This document shows positions 26,116-39,001 of a stretch of 64,000 nt of DNA, one piece after another. The translations under genes were made by a program, and so were the position numbers. Numbering within the stretch: the first letter of the stretch is position 1; the number at the start of each line of letters is the position of its first letter. Location: contig NC_086108.1 of the NCBI RefSeq assembly GCF_963921235.1, positions 38,690,001 through 38,754,000 of the forward strand, read 5' to 3'. The stretch comes from Mobula hypostoma. Taxonomy: Eukaryota. A model generated the notes under the pieces. The model did no database searches. It was given only the letters and a program-made list of their open reading frames with translations, and had not been told where the DNA came from.

Positions 26116-26814
26116 GGTGATAGTTATTATTGTGCTTTCAAAAGAGTCATGGTGATTTGCACAGAATTGTTCATATTCCCAGGATAAAAGCTTTACACAA
26201 TGAATTACATTAATTAAGTACCTAACTCCTGCAAAAGAAGTTATAGCAATAAAAACTAGTAAATAATGTAACTGCAAAAGTCATTTTCTCAAAGCCTTTA
26301 TCAAAATTAGCTATTTCCTTTCTCAATAACTGTAACCATGGTTTGGTAAGGGTTTTAAATTTCCCATTCCATCAGAACATGAATAAGTACTCCTTATCAG
26401 CCAAACTGAATTTCTGGTCTATACCATAGTGGAGACTTTTTTTGTTATCTGGCCTTCAAGAAACAAGACACCGAGATGCCGATAATGTGGATTACAAACT
26501 AACAGACCCTCTTTTCAGTAATTGCAAGTATATGGTGAGTAATAATTAGAAGAAACACCATTTTATTCCAGATTACAGTGGATCAATGAAATACTTACAT
26601 TAAATGAAATATTACACCGGTGTGAGATACTTGATACAATACTATGCATGCTGACAAAAACTTATTCTCTTTACTTGAGCAATCTCCAGTATTCTCCATA
26701 CTTGTAACATTTTTCCTATCCAAATAATGGTATCACTTAATTTTAAAACTCACCTTTACTTTTCCCAGATAAAGTAGTCCAAAAATTATTGGAAATGTCA
26801 TGTATTAAATGGCT

Positions 26815-27960
26815 CTTAAATCAGAAATGGGTTTATTCTCATTAACATGAAACTTGCTGTAGTGCAGTGCAATACATAAAAATAGTATAAGTTACAAAAG
26901 AAAAAGAAAAATAATATAAAGAGTGCAAAAATAAGACAAAATATTGAGGTAATGTTCATGGTCCATGGTTTATAGTGGAGAAGAAGCTGTTCCTAAAACA
27001 TTGAATGTGCATCCTAAGGCTCTGGTACCTCCGTCTGGTGAGATTGCATCTGCAGTAGGCCTGTTGTGGCTGCAGGCAAGTTATAGCAGGTCATTGCTCA
27101 GGCATGAGTTAAATCCAGCCATGACCAACTTCTCAAATCACTTCATCCCTGTAGGAGTGAGCACTACTGGTTGATAGTTATTGAGGCAGCTCACCCTGTG
27201 GTTTTTGGGCATCAATATGATTAATGCTCTTTTGAAGCAGGTTAGAGCCTTCGACTGCAGCAATGAGAGTTTGAAGACGTTCTTGAACATTTGAGCCAGT
27301 TGCTTCAGACTGGGTTTTCAGTGCCCTGCCACGCATGGGACCTGACACCTTTTGAGGGGTCACCCTCTTTCAAGATATTCTGATGTCAGCTTCTGAGACA
27401 AATTTCATAGGTTTGTCAAATGCTGCAGGAATTCACACTGGCATAGATTTACTCTCTCTTTCAAAGTGTGCATAAAAGGCATTGAGCTCATCTGGGAGTG
27501 AAGTGTTGCAGTCATTTAGGTTTTATCTCATAGGAAATAATGGCATGCAAACCCTGCCACAGCTAATGTCTCTAACTTCACTTGGAATTGCCATTTTCGT
27601 TGTTAGGTCGTACCAGGACTTCCTGTAGAGTTCTGAAACACTGGTCTTGACCCAGAGATCTAGCCCTGAGAGGACAGTGAATTTCCTGGATCACCCAGGG
27701 CTTCTGGTTTAGATGTGTCTGGTATATTCCCAAAGACGCACAATCATCCACACAGGTCTCAGTGACAACTGTGGCATATTTATTCAGATCCGAAGATGAA
27801 TTCCTGAATATGCTCTAGTCCACTGATTCAAAGCAGTCCAGTAAAATGCTCCTCCATGTTCCTCAACCATACATACAGTACATTTGCAGTCCTTAGTCTT
27901 TGCTGTATGCTACGAGTAGTACAGGCCAGGTGATCAGACTTGGCAAAGTACAGTCATGGG
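26815..27960 (-). mobile_element. Degenerate Rex1/Babar-like LINE fragments
   Basis: Nucleotide similarity to the 60850-63650 copy (e.g. AGATCCGAAGATGAAT...ATTCAAAGCAGTCC). Confidence 0.6.
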
Positions 27961-28997
27961 ATTGCAATAAATACTTCCTAACTCTATATCAAATAATTCT
28001 AAGTGATCTAGATCGCTCATTCAGCCAGATTTTTACCTTTACTAACCTTTATTTGGGATGACTGCACTTTTAAGATATGTTAAGTACTGATACCCATATA
28101 TTTTTGTCATGTATATAAAGCTTTGCAATGAATGATAAACAGAAGCAGTAGAGACCGACCCAGCCCACTGAGCCTAACTTATCCTATATCTATCATCTAC
28201 TTTTCCCAACTGATATCAACTTTTTTTTTAGCATCTTAGAACCCTCTTTTACTTCCATCTTGAATATTCTCAATAACTATATTTTCATCCCATTGTGGAA
28301 GAAGAGTCCAAGATTCACAATGCTTTAACTTAAAGAACTTGCCATCTCTTTTAAACGACCAATCTCATTCCTTGAAATTGTGCCCTTTTGTCAAAGGAGC
28401 AGCTTGTCTACATTTACTTTTCAATCCTTCTCAGAATTTTCTATTTTAATGAGGCCATCTCTTATTCTTCCAGTGGTTGATGAATAGAAGCATTACTCAT
28501 TTGCTCTCTCTTCACAGGAAACCCCATAACACCAGGAATGACTCAGTGAACAACTCCAAATCAAATACCTTTCAAGGTACAAAGACCAAAATCACACACA
28601 ATGCTTGTTACTTTCTCAATGCAATAGGCAACAGTAGCAAGGCAAAGTGCACGTTGTATACAAAATAAATCTTCCTCTAAAAATAACCTACAGGCAACTT
28701 TTTGAAAGTTCTGAATGTTCAGGCTTTAATTTTGAGTTTGGCACAATCTTCATTTAAATTTGGCAAATTCTTATGGTAATGAATATCTCTGGTATTCTCT
28801 CAGGTTTCCAGATGAATCAAGAATACAAAACATGCTCAGCTGTGTCAAATGATTTGAAAAGATTTACAAAATAGAAAATAAATGTATTTCCATATCCAAT
28901 CTATCACAATTCAGAAAAGTTAGGAAGAGGAAACAATCTAAGTCAGACAGAACCCATTTTATATTAGGAAGCACTCTCCAAGGCAGTTGTCCAATGT

Positions 28998-29268
28998 GTG
29001 GCATGGTAGTGTATGGTTAGTGCAACGTCATTACAACTGGAGTTGGAGCTCAATCTTGGCATCCTCTGTAAGGAGTTTGTATGTCCTCCCTGCGGAATGT
29101 GTGTGTCTTCTCCAGGAGCTCTGGTTTTCTCCCATAATCAGTTAGCTGGTTAATTGATCATTGTAAATTGTCCCATGATTAGGCTAGGGTTAAATTGGGG
29201 GTTACTGGCAACCCAACTCAAAAGGCAAGGAGGACCTGTTCCATGCTATATCACTAAATAAATAAATA
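28998..29268 (+). mobile_element. tRNA-derived V-SINE-like element
   Basis: A-box-like TGGTAGTGTATGG, central GGAGTTTGTATGT.CTCCC...CTCTGGTTTTCTCCCA core, (TAAA)n tail. Confidence 0.65.
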
Positions 29269-29619
29269 TTTTTAGAAATATATAATTTTTCATGTTGTAT
29301 GACAAGTTTAGTTATCCTACTGAGTTTGCAATTTTTTCAAAATTAGTTGCAGAGAAACTAAACCAAAAGTTAAACCGCAGGATTCATTGTAATATTATTT
29401 ATTCATTGAGAATGAATAAGTAAAATACTAAAATCAGATACTTCAAATTATTAAATATTTAATAACTAATGTTCCTGAAATATTTTTTATCTAATCCGTA
29501 CAAAACAGTCCACTACCTTCCAACTGCCATAAATTCTCAGCTATTCCTTGAAAACAAGAAAATTATATTGATCAACATCACATTTATATGTCTTTCCTTA
29601 GTAGATAATCTAGTAGATT

Positions 29620-30200
29620 AAAAGAAAAACTCCCATGATTGGAATATGTAGACAGCATTGATCAACCAGCGTAGACAAAGTAACTTCTCAAAAGTATTCC
29701 CTGATTGCACTTTAACTGACATCGGTCTGAGTGGTACTTCAGATAGCTTTGTAAACCTAAAAGAGCCAACCATATTTCTGCAGACTGTCAGGACCTTTGA
29801 CTTGTGTGTGATTAACAATGGATTTTCCACATTTGGTATCATAGTTATAAAAATTAAATTTTTTTTAGGAGGAGAGAAAAGTTCATCTTTAGAGTCATCA
29901 CCAGATCAATCTTGTATCACAGTCCAGATCATAGAACTCATCAAATATTTCTCAACTAGTTTTCGACATACTTTATATCCAATGGTTTTGCATGGCAGGT
30001 AACATGATATTTCAATGGATACAAGTTTCCCAAACAAATTCATGTTCAGGATATGGGACTGATATCAATTTTTCAATCAATGGAACCAAAGGGAACCTAT
30101 CTTTTTCCACCTGTCAAAATAATCAAAACATCTACATGAAGCAGGTTGTCTTGGGTCCAAATTTTTTGTTAAAACTAATTTCTTATTGAAATGCTTCTTC
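29620..30200 (-). pseudogene. Probable ancient piggyBac (DDE_Tnp_1_7-like) transposase relic
   Basis: Frameshifted minus-strand peptides in piggyBac order: RCFDYFD, DRF..VPLIEKL, YPEHE, YLPCKTIGYKV, YLMSSMIWT, TVCRNMVG, KLLCLRW; recognised by eye only. Confidence 0.5.
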
Positions 30201-30673
30201 AAGAATCAGACATCCATCAGGTATTTCAAGCTGCCATGGTTAATTTAAAAGCACAAAATATAACCATGTAGGAAAAAAATGACACAACCTAAAGCTCTTT
30301 CCATCTTTTAATAAGCATGGTTATTATGTTCAAACAATAAATATGATTGTTTTAATATTTATCTTTGGATTTAAATAGTTTAAAATCATTCAAGTCATTG
30401 TAAAACTGGAGTTGAGACATGATTTCAGTTATATACAATAGCCATTATCAACTGGATGATAGGCTGAAGGATATAATTAAATACAAAATGACATGTCCAT
30501 TTTTAATCCCTAATTATAGGCATTCCCACAGTATAAAAACATAGATATTGCTGTGAATTATACCAATTGACCAACATGATTCACAATTGATATTAGATTA
30601 ATTTTGAATTAAAAGTTAATGTTCCACTTTCCCACGTAAGACTGTAGTCTTCACAGTGTGCTTTTCCTTACCC

Positions 30674-31326
30674 TTAATGTTCTACATTGGAAATACTTTG
30701 CACAGATGTACCTGTGTCAAGACCAAGTAAAGTTCCAAGATACGATGGCTCTCTAGGATCTAACATTTGATCATCACGAACTGGATGCACAATATTGGCA
30801 GGTTGTGGTGTAAGGGTATATTTCTCCAGAAAAGCAAGGTCTGTAGCTCTTTGAAAATCAGTTTGCTGAGGAGGCTGCTGGGACTGAAGAAGGTTATGAG
30901 GTTGCGAAACCAAAGTTGCTGTATGCTGTGGAGCATCAGATTGTACTGTGGCAGCACCAATCCGTACTGGTACAAGTGTCACATCTCCATGAATGTTCTG
31001 AATTGCTGTTTTGTTCTCAGTTGAGTAAGCCTTATTTTGATGCAAATAGGATTTAGCATCTGTTTGGTACACTTTGCCATCTTGCGCATACAGCAACTCC
31101 TGAGATACTATTTTCACTTCGGAAACCGCCACTATTGGCTGTTCTATAGGCTTATTGCCATGGACATGATCCATATGATACTTCAGTTTGTCTTTCCGTT
31201 TGAATGTTGCATTGCAATGATGACAGTTGAAGGGGCGGGCATCTGAATGAATAACCATGTGTTTCGTTAAAGTCTTCTGAATACGAAATGCTTGATTACA
31301 AACTTGACATTTATAGGGCTTTTCAC
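30674..31326 (-). CDS. ZBTB41: ZBTB41 last coding exon (two C2H2 fingers plus C-terminal tail, stop 30674-30676)
   Basis: GEKPYKCQVCNQAFRIQKTLTKHMVIHSDARPFNCHHCNATFKRKDKLKYHMDHVH...RATDLAFLEKYTLTPQPANIVHPVR...SYLGTLLGLD; AG 31328-31327. Confidence 0.96.
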
Positions 31327-31901
31327 CTGTAGTAAAAAAAACATTTTAGCTAAGTTTCGTTTTGAGCTTAAATAAAGTTATCATATGCTCAGAACAATTT
31401 TCATCACAAATCTTTTCAGCATAATGGTTTCCCAGGAAAGATCTTAGCAATAGCATTACAGGGTACCTGGAATAATTTTGTGTAATCAAGCCCAAATAAC
31501 TTCAACTCAATTTTAAATTTAAAGAATTTACTGTAAATTTTGTGTTACCTTATAAAAATATTACTAATAAATATAATTGAATGAAAACAAAGTTTAAGAC
31601 TTTCTAAAACCAAAAACAAGTATCCCTAAAATTTCCTTCATCTATGTTGCAGGATCTGGGCTTAAAAGCAAAGGGAACTCTGGAATACACAATGAAGATG
31701 AAATACCAATAATTTAGTATTTTTACTGAAATAGCAGCTAACAGCTGCATTTTTCAAATTGCTATGATGCAAAGGGACACTTGGGACTCCATGACTTTTG
31801 AAAATCTGACAAACAATAAAAAAAATTACACACATTCTTAAACCAGTTATCTGTCAGGATCCAATCAGTAACATAAGGTAATTATAAATGCATACCTTGT
31901 A

Positions 31902-32703
31902 CCGTGGATTTCAGTTAAACTGGGACACATCAGAACCTGCACATTTTGGCCCAATTAAGTGGCTGCCTCAATTAACTGAAGTTTCATTGAAACAGTTAAA
32001 AAAGCATAAAAAAGAGAAACTACCATTCAATTGAATAACAAATTATGTACTTAAATGAAATACAAAACAAATTAGAACACTACCAATATTACTACAATAT
32101 ACAAAACTGTGTATTAGTTCCTAATAGTTAGCGACAGAGGAATTCATTCAGTGTATGCTACAAATGAACAAAATCAGCATAGACACCCAGTGGAGATAAG
32201 TGAATACCTTTATACAATTCTTTCGACAATTGCATCTTTCAAATACTAATTTTCATTATGACATTCAAGATGATTGTTGATACCTTCAAATTCAAACTTG
32301 TTGAAGTAGTGAAATTGTTTCACTTTCACTCCCGGCCATTTCTGGCATCTCAAGCTTGAATGCTTGAAACTGCGTTGCGCAAAACAGTTCTGAATTGTCA
32401 TACTGCTTATTTCTTGCCACCTATCAGCAATAAAAATCTACTGCCTTTTCAACACAAACAACTGACACTATTTAAAAACTGTTTGCTCTAAGCATGGTGT
32501 AGTGTCTAAAGGCCACACAAATGCACATGACTAACATTAGTTAGAAACTGTTCAGCATTAGTCTTTTTGTCCCAATTAAACAGCATAGTGTCACAAATAA
32601 ATGAAGGGAACTCTTGACTATTTTCTCAGCTATGTTCTTTAAGTGTTGTCCGAAATAATTGCTGCTCTGATTAACCCGTGGTCCAATTAACCAGAATTCA
32701 CTG
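31902..32703. mobile_element. Non-autonomous Tc1/mariner (Tigger/pogo-like) DNA transposon
   Basis: TA flanks; imperfect TIRs CCGTGGATTTCAGTTAA / TTAACCAGAATTCACTG; repeated subterminal CCCAATTAA motifs. Confidence 0.7.
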
Positions 32704-33049
32704 TATTACTGACTTGGTTTTATAAAATTCAATGATACTCATTCAAATGCCTTTCAGATTTTTAGATTCTCTCAGAATTTGAGTTTTGGATTCAACAAGT
32801 ATGATCCAAGAGGTTCTCAAGCAGGCATGTAGACACTTAGTCCCAGCATCAATATTCTGCTCCACTTGAAAGTATAAGGAATTAATACTGAGAGCCCATA
32901 GGACCCTTGTCAAGACCGCCACAAACAAATGGTCAATGTGTAGATACAGCTCATACATCTTTGACTTGGTCTGGAAAATGGTTCACATGGAGTCCCTGCA
33001 ATGCATCTGCCAAATTGATTAGCCAACATCTGAAATCCTGAGGAATAGT

Positions 33050-33850
33050 GGATTCATGTGGGCAGTTCAGATAGGAGAGAGATAAGAAAAATGTACAATG
33101 AAGTGGCAGATAAAATACAATGCTAAGTAGTGTATGGTCATGCACTTTGGTAGAAGGAATAAAGGTGTAGACTACTTTCTAAACGGAAAGTAAATTCAGA
33201 AATCAGAGGTGCAAAGGAGTGCTCGTGCATGATTCCCAAAAGGTTAACCTATAGGTTGAGTTAGTAGTAAGGAAGACATTCATTTCGAGAGGGCTAGACT
33301 ATAAAAGCAAGAATGTAATGGTGAGGTTTTATAAGGCATTGGTCAGACCATACTTGGAGTATTGAGAGCATTTTGGGGCCTACTCAGGATGTGCTGGCAT
33401 TGGAGAGGGTCCAGAAGAGGTTCATGAGAATGATTGCAGGAAATTAGAAGGTACATATGAGAAGCTCTTGATGATCTGGGCCTGAGCTCACTAGAGTTTA
33501 AAAGAACAAGGGGGTATTCTCATTGAAACCTATCGAATATTGAAAGGTCAAGAATCAGAGGGCACAGCCTCAGAATTAAAAGACAATCCTTTAGAACACA
33601 GATGAATGGGAATTTCTTTACCAGAAGGTGGTGAATCTGTGGAATTCATTGCCACAGATTGCTGTGGAGGCCAAGTCATCGGTTATATTTAAAGCAGAGG
33701 TCAACAGTTTCTTGATTAGTAAGGGCATCAAAGGTTAATGGTAAAGCAGCGGGTAGGGTTAAAAGGGATAATAAATCAATATGATGGAATGGCAAAGCAG
33801 ACTTGATGGGCTGAATAGCCTAAATCTGTTCCTATGTGTTATGGTCTACA
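33050..33850 (+). mobile_element. Degenerate CR1 3' fragment
   Basis: GGTCAGACCATACTTGGAGTATT, GTGGTGAATCTGTGGAATTC and CR1-type 3' UTR. Confidence 0.75.
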
Positions 33851-36480
33851 AATAAGTATACAATCTGGAATCATTTCAGGTTTGCTGATCAATTTGAGGA
33901 CACAATCAGCATGTCCAGAAAATTAAAAAATATCACTATGGTGGGAGAAATTACTGCCACTATCTACAATATCTTATCGTTTTTGCTCAACTCTAAACAT
34001 ATTTAACCTGACAGTTAAACAGAGTTCCCAGGAAACCTATTAACAGTCCACAGTATCCAGATTAAAGAAACCATTATGGGTCTCAGTAAATCCAGAGTTA
34101 AACCTCAACAAGCACTGTATTCCTTTTTGATTTTTGTCTGTGTTGGTTACTCCACATATCAAATTATGATAGCTACCCTCCACAATATGGCCATTAAATA
34201 TAAGATTAACTCCATGTGGACATTAAATGGAACTTTCATTCCAAAAAAAACTGAAATTCCAAACAACGTACTTTCTTTCTGGTTTGCAGCGTGAGTAAAC
34301 AGTGGCTGAAGCATTGTTCACTGATAACTGGGCCTGCCATTTTTTTCCACTGTTTATTTGAGTGAGTGCATGTCCTAGTTTGTTTGAAAAATTGTAAGGA
34401 CATATTAAAATCACCCTTTGAATGAAAAGGGAAAGATAATGTAGATTTCCATAGGAAAACAATCAAAGTCTGTGTTTGTAAGATAAATATTAGGAGCTGA
34501 ATCCCAGAAGAGCAATTGTTTGTTCCTCCAAAAGGCCACACGTTGTGGATGAAACAGGTGTTCAAATCAAATGAAACACCTTATTTTTGGTCAGCTTCAC
34601 ACACCATGAAATCAAACTATGTTCTGCTTGTGCCTGCGATACTGATTTACCCTATTCCACATTACAGGATTATAGAATATGAACAGATCTCAAATTTCGC
34701 AGATTGAACTGTGAAAAATGTCAGTTTAGAGCAATGGTAAAATCACAGCAAATCTATCAGCATCATACTGGCAATGAGAAGCTTTAGCTGGAGGGGGGAA
34801 AGCTAGAGAAGTTAGATCTGTTTATCCTAAATTGGAGACCATGAAGGGGGAAATAAATCAAGGAATTCAAAGTTATGACAAGTTTTGATACTATAAACAA
34901 AAATACATTATTACCACTGTTAGGAGGGTGGTAAGCAGACATTAAGGACTTGGGTAACTGGCAAAGATCCAAAAGGAAAATCCAATTTCATTTTGAAAAT
35001 ATTCAGCAAGTTGTTACAATCTGGAGAATATCTTAAGAGGTTGAGGAAACACACTTAATAATAATTTTCAAAGGTAACATACATCCTATAAACATTTAAC
35101 CATAATGAAGTTAGATGAAAAGTATAGGGAAAATAGGTTAATCTTTATCCTTTTGAGATATAGTCCAAAATAATGAATGAATAGCCTGTTTCTGTTCCAT
35201 ATGCTATCATGAGGAGCAGAAAATATAGCAGCATAATGATACCTATCAAATATTGCTGCAACAAAATTAGATGTCAAACACTCAGTATTAATCATCAACA
35301 CGAAACTGATGAGCAAAAATACAGAAATGGCAAGTTACACTTAATGCAAAAGAGTATGATAATACATTGTGGGAGGGGGAAAAAGTGTGGGGGTAAGCAC
35401 TCAATGAAATTACATCAAAGCCGTAAAGATGCAAATAGATATTGCCCTCTGCTATTAATTTCATGGAATTGCAAACAGACCAAAAGCACTATTTGTAATT
35501 TTGGGCATTAAACAGATGAAGTGCATTAAAATTTCCATTCACCCATCTATTGCTGGAGATGAGATGATGGGATACAAATACAGATTTAAAATTGTAGATG
35601 TATTTCTGTTGCAACAAGGAAACCGAAGTAGAAACAACAGAGATTTTTGGAAAGTTCTGAGATGGCATGTGAGCAAGTAATTGTCTCTCTGACTCATGTT
35701 TAGTGCTACAAAGATATTAAACTGAAATGGTCAAAAATTGATAGAAGAGGATGAAGAAAGCAGTTATGTACATCCTAGTGCATGGAATTCATTTGCTAGA
35801 GAGCAGTTGAAACAGAGCCCAGCTTATTTTGAAAAGTGTATTTAGATTTTTTTGCAATTATGAGGACATTGGGATAGTCCAAAGACATTTTTTTCAGAGT
35901 CATAAGTTTTTCTCATTCTATAAATTCAGCTTACATTGCAGAAGTAGTCTAATTAAAAATGAGATGCATGTGGTTTTTAAGTCATATTATCTCAGCTAGC
36001 TTGTTGGACATGCCTCTTAACAATTTACAGGATTGGGTTTCTTATTTGGTGAGGATAGAGATATATGCTGATCTATGGTTGATTTCCCTTGTCTTCATCT
36101 TGTCCTTAAGATGTCTTTGAAGAATAATATGCAAAAGATTGATTTTCACAGCACTGCTACACCTTTGAGTAGGCTAAAACACAAATTAATTGTGCTTAAA
36201 AACAGATTAATATTTGATATTTCACTATCTGTAACTTTTCAAAAATGCTGATAATTTCATGGTTACCATTAATGGTGCTCGATTCTTAAGTTCAAGTTTA
36301 TTCAATTTATATTTTTCATATGCTGCAACAGAATTTAAACTTGCATTCCTACATCCAGATAATAATTAAGTAATGCAAACACCATGCTACAATGCAAATA
36401 GATATTGAACAACCATTAAAATTTGGCTCTAGTCTCAAATACAGACCAGAGAAATTAATGAGAAGATTCATGAAATCAAT

Positions 36481-36575
36481 AGAGAGAGAGAAAGGGGGTA
36501 GAAAGAAAAGGGGGGGAACAGAGGGAGAAAGAGAGAGGGAGAGAGAGGGAGAGAGAGAAAGAAAAGGAGGGAGAG
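36481..36575. repeat. Imperfect (GA)n purine-rich tract
   Basis: AGAGAGAGAG...GAGAGAGGGA seen directly. Confidence 0.85.
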
Positions 36576-36643
36576 ATATATAGATGTAAAATGAACTACA
36601 GATGCAATTTGTCACAAGCATGTTAAGCATGTTATCAGGATAC

Positions 36644-36732
36644 CTGAATGTGTCCTAAAATGCATGTCCAAGCTTGATTTTCCTTTAAATTCTTTTTTGC
36701 ACACTTCACATTGGTGAAGAGTGGCTTTGTAC
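36644..36732 (-). CDS. ZBTB41: ZBTB41 coding exon (89 nt, C2H2 finger)
   Basis: YKATLHQCEVCKKEFKGKSSLDMHFRTHS; AG 36734-36733, GT 36643-36642; phase 2->1. Confidence 0.95.
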
Positions 36733-36949
36733 CTATAATTGGTAAGGAAAAATGTTAGAAGTTTTTGTTGCCATTATTCATACTGCAAAACTTAAGTCAA
36801 AGTTTAATCCAAATAAACTCCTAATTTTAATATTTACCCACTGTAATACAGACTATTGAAATGGTTTTCATAACAGTATCAATGCTGCAGAGTTATTGAT
36901 CTTGCATGTTATTTTCTTCCTCCACTGACAGAAACCAGAAAAACACTCA

Positions 36950-38000
36950 ACACAAGTGTCATCCCAGTGCCAAAGCAAAAGGCGATAACATGCCTTCATG
37001 ACCACTGCCCAGTGCTTTGAGAGGCATACATCAACTCCAGCCTCCCAGACAACATCAGCCTATAGTGGAATTCACCCACTATCAAAACAAATCCATGATA
37101 GATGCAAATTCCCTGGCCCCACATTCAACTCTAGAATATCTGGATAACAAAGACACCAATGTCAGACTCCTATTTATTTTGTCTATAATGTCACCTTCAT
37201 ACATAATTGAAAACAAACTCATTTCTAAATTCTTCGATGTAGGACAGCACCTCCTTCTGCAGCTGGATCCTTGACTTCCTGACCAACAAACCTGAATCAG
37301 CACGATTATACTCAACACCTATGTCCCACAGGGCTGCATCCTCAGCTCCCTGTATTCCCGACTGTGGCCAAATTCTGCTCTAGTTTCATATACACGTTTG
37401 CAAATTACACTACTGCAGGGGCCGTACTTCAAACAACGACCAAACAGAACACGGAACAGAGATGGGAGGCCTGGTAGCATGGTATCAAAACAATCATCTT
37501 TTCCTTAATGTCAGCAAAACAACAGAGCTGGTCATTGCACAGGAAGTGCTTCCCTTTGTATCAGTAGTACTGAAGTAAAATCAGTTGAGAGCTTCAAGTT
37601 CCCAGGTGTAAATATCACCAACTATTTGTCCTAATCCAACCACATTGTCACTATTGCCAAAACAGTACAGCAGCACCTCTACTTCCTGAAGGCTAATGAA
37701 GCTCGGCATACACTGATGACCCTCACTAATGCACCAGAAAAGGTATCCTATCCTAATTTGTTGTGGCAACCGCTCTACCCAAAACAGCAAGTAATTGCAG
37801 AGTTGTGAACATAGCCCAGTCTATCATAAAACCAGACTCTCTTCCATTTACTCTCTACACTTCCCACTGCGTCAGTGAAAGCAGCTAACGTAATCAATGA
37901 CTCCTCCCACCCCAATCATTTTCTCCTCTTTCCCTTCCAATGATAGAAGATACAAAAGTTAAAAACCTGTTTCACAGGCTCAAGGACAGTTTCTATCCGA
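36950..38000 (+). mobile_element. Degenerate Rex1/Babar-like RT fragment
   Basis: LEYLDNKDTNVRLLFI, CCACAGGGCTGCATCCTCAG; similar to 57288-58673. Confidence 0.65.
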
Positions 38001-38670
38001 GTCAATATTGGGAAGTTAAAATCTGCTGACCAAATCATCCTAATTTTTTTGCAGTTTAAAGCATTTCTCCTCAATGTCACTTTCTCTGCTAGTTTGTATT
38101 ACCTACAAACTTCTTTAACATGTTCCCTTCATTTAACACAAATTATTACTTTGTAACAGAGATAACAGACTAAGCACTGAACATTATGCAGCTCCACTGG
38201 TAATAACTTTCAGACACAGAAGTATCATTTACTCATGCTTTTGGCCATTAAACCAATTTCACATTCAATTTGTCACTCTCCTTTAGTTTTCTCCTTCCCA
38301 ACCTGCCATGTGTAACCTTGTCAAAAACGTGTAATGAAATCCTGAAAGACTACATCAAACATTACACCATCATTGATCTTGTTTGTTACCTCTTCAAAGA
38401 ATTCTGCCCAATTTGGCAGCACGGCCTGATATCTTTAATTCATCTGTGTCACTCTGAACAGTGGCTTATATGACCCTTAGATTTGACACCATTAATCTAA
38501 CCAACACAAGTTAAACTAATTGGCTTGTATTTAATATATCTCTTCCTGCTTTTTAACATTACACCATTTAACAGTGCTACAATCTTTGAGAACTACAGTA
38601 ATTTTAAGTAACATACATCAAAGTTGCTGGTGAACGCAGCAGGCCAGGCAGCATCTATAGGAAGAGGCGC

Positions 38671-38706
38671 AGTCGACGTTTCAGGCCGAGACCCTTCGTC
38701 AGGACT
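38671..38706 (-). ncRNA. Minimal type I hammerhead ribozyme (PLE)
   Basis: Reverse complement AGTC-CTGACGA-AGG(GTCTCGG)CCT-GAAA-CGTC-GACT. Confidence 0.88.
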
Positions 38707-39001
38707 AACTGAAGGAAGAGTGAGTAAGGGATTTGAAAGCTGGAGGGGGAGGGGGAGATGCAAAATGATAGGAGAAGACAGGAGGGGGAGGGATGGAGCC
38801 GAGAGCTGGACAGGTGATAGGCAGAAGGGGATACGAGAGGATCATGGGACAGGAGGTCCGGGAAGAAAGACGGCGGGGGGGGGTGACCCAGAGGATGGGC
38901 AAGAGGTATATTCAGAGGGACAGAGGGAGAAAAAGAAGAGTGAGAGAAAGAATGTGTGCATTAAAAAGAGTAACAGATGGGGTACGAGGGGGAGGTGGGG
39001 C

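Noticed and set aside
29658..30002. 114-aa plus-strand ORF as a small gene
   Set aside because: Starts at TTG and reads as the antisense shadow of a decayed minus-strand coding sequence
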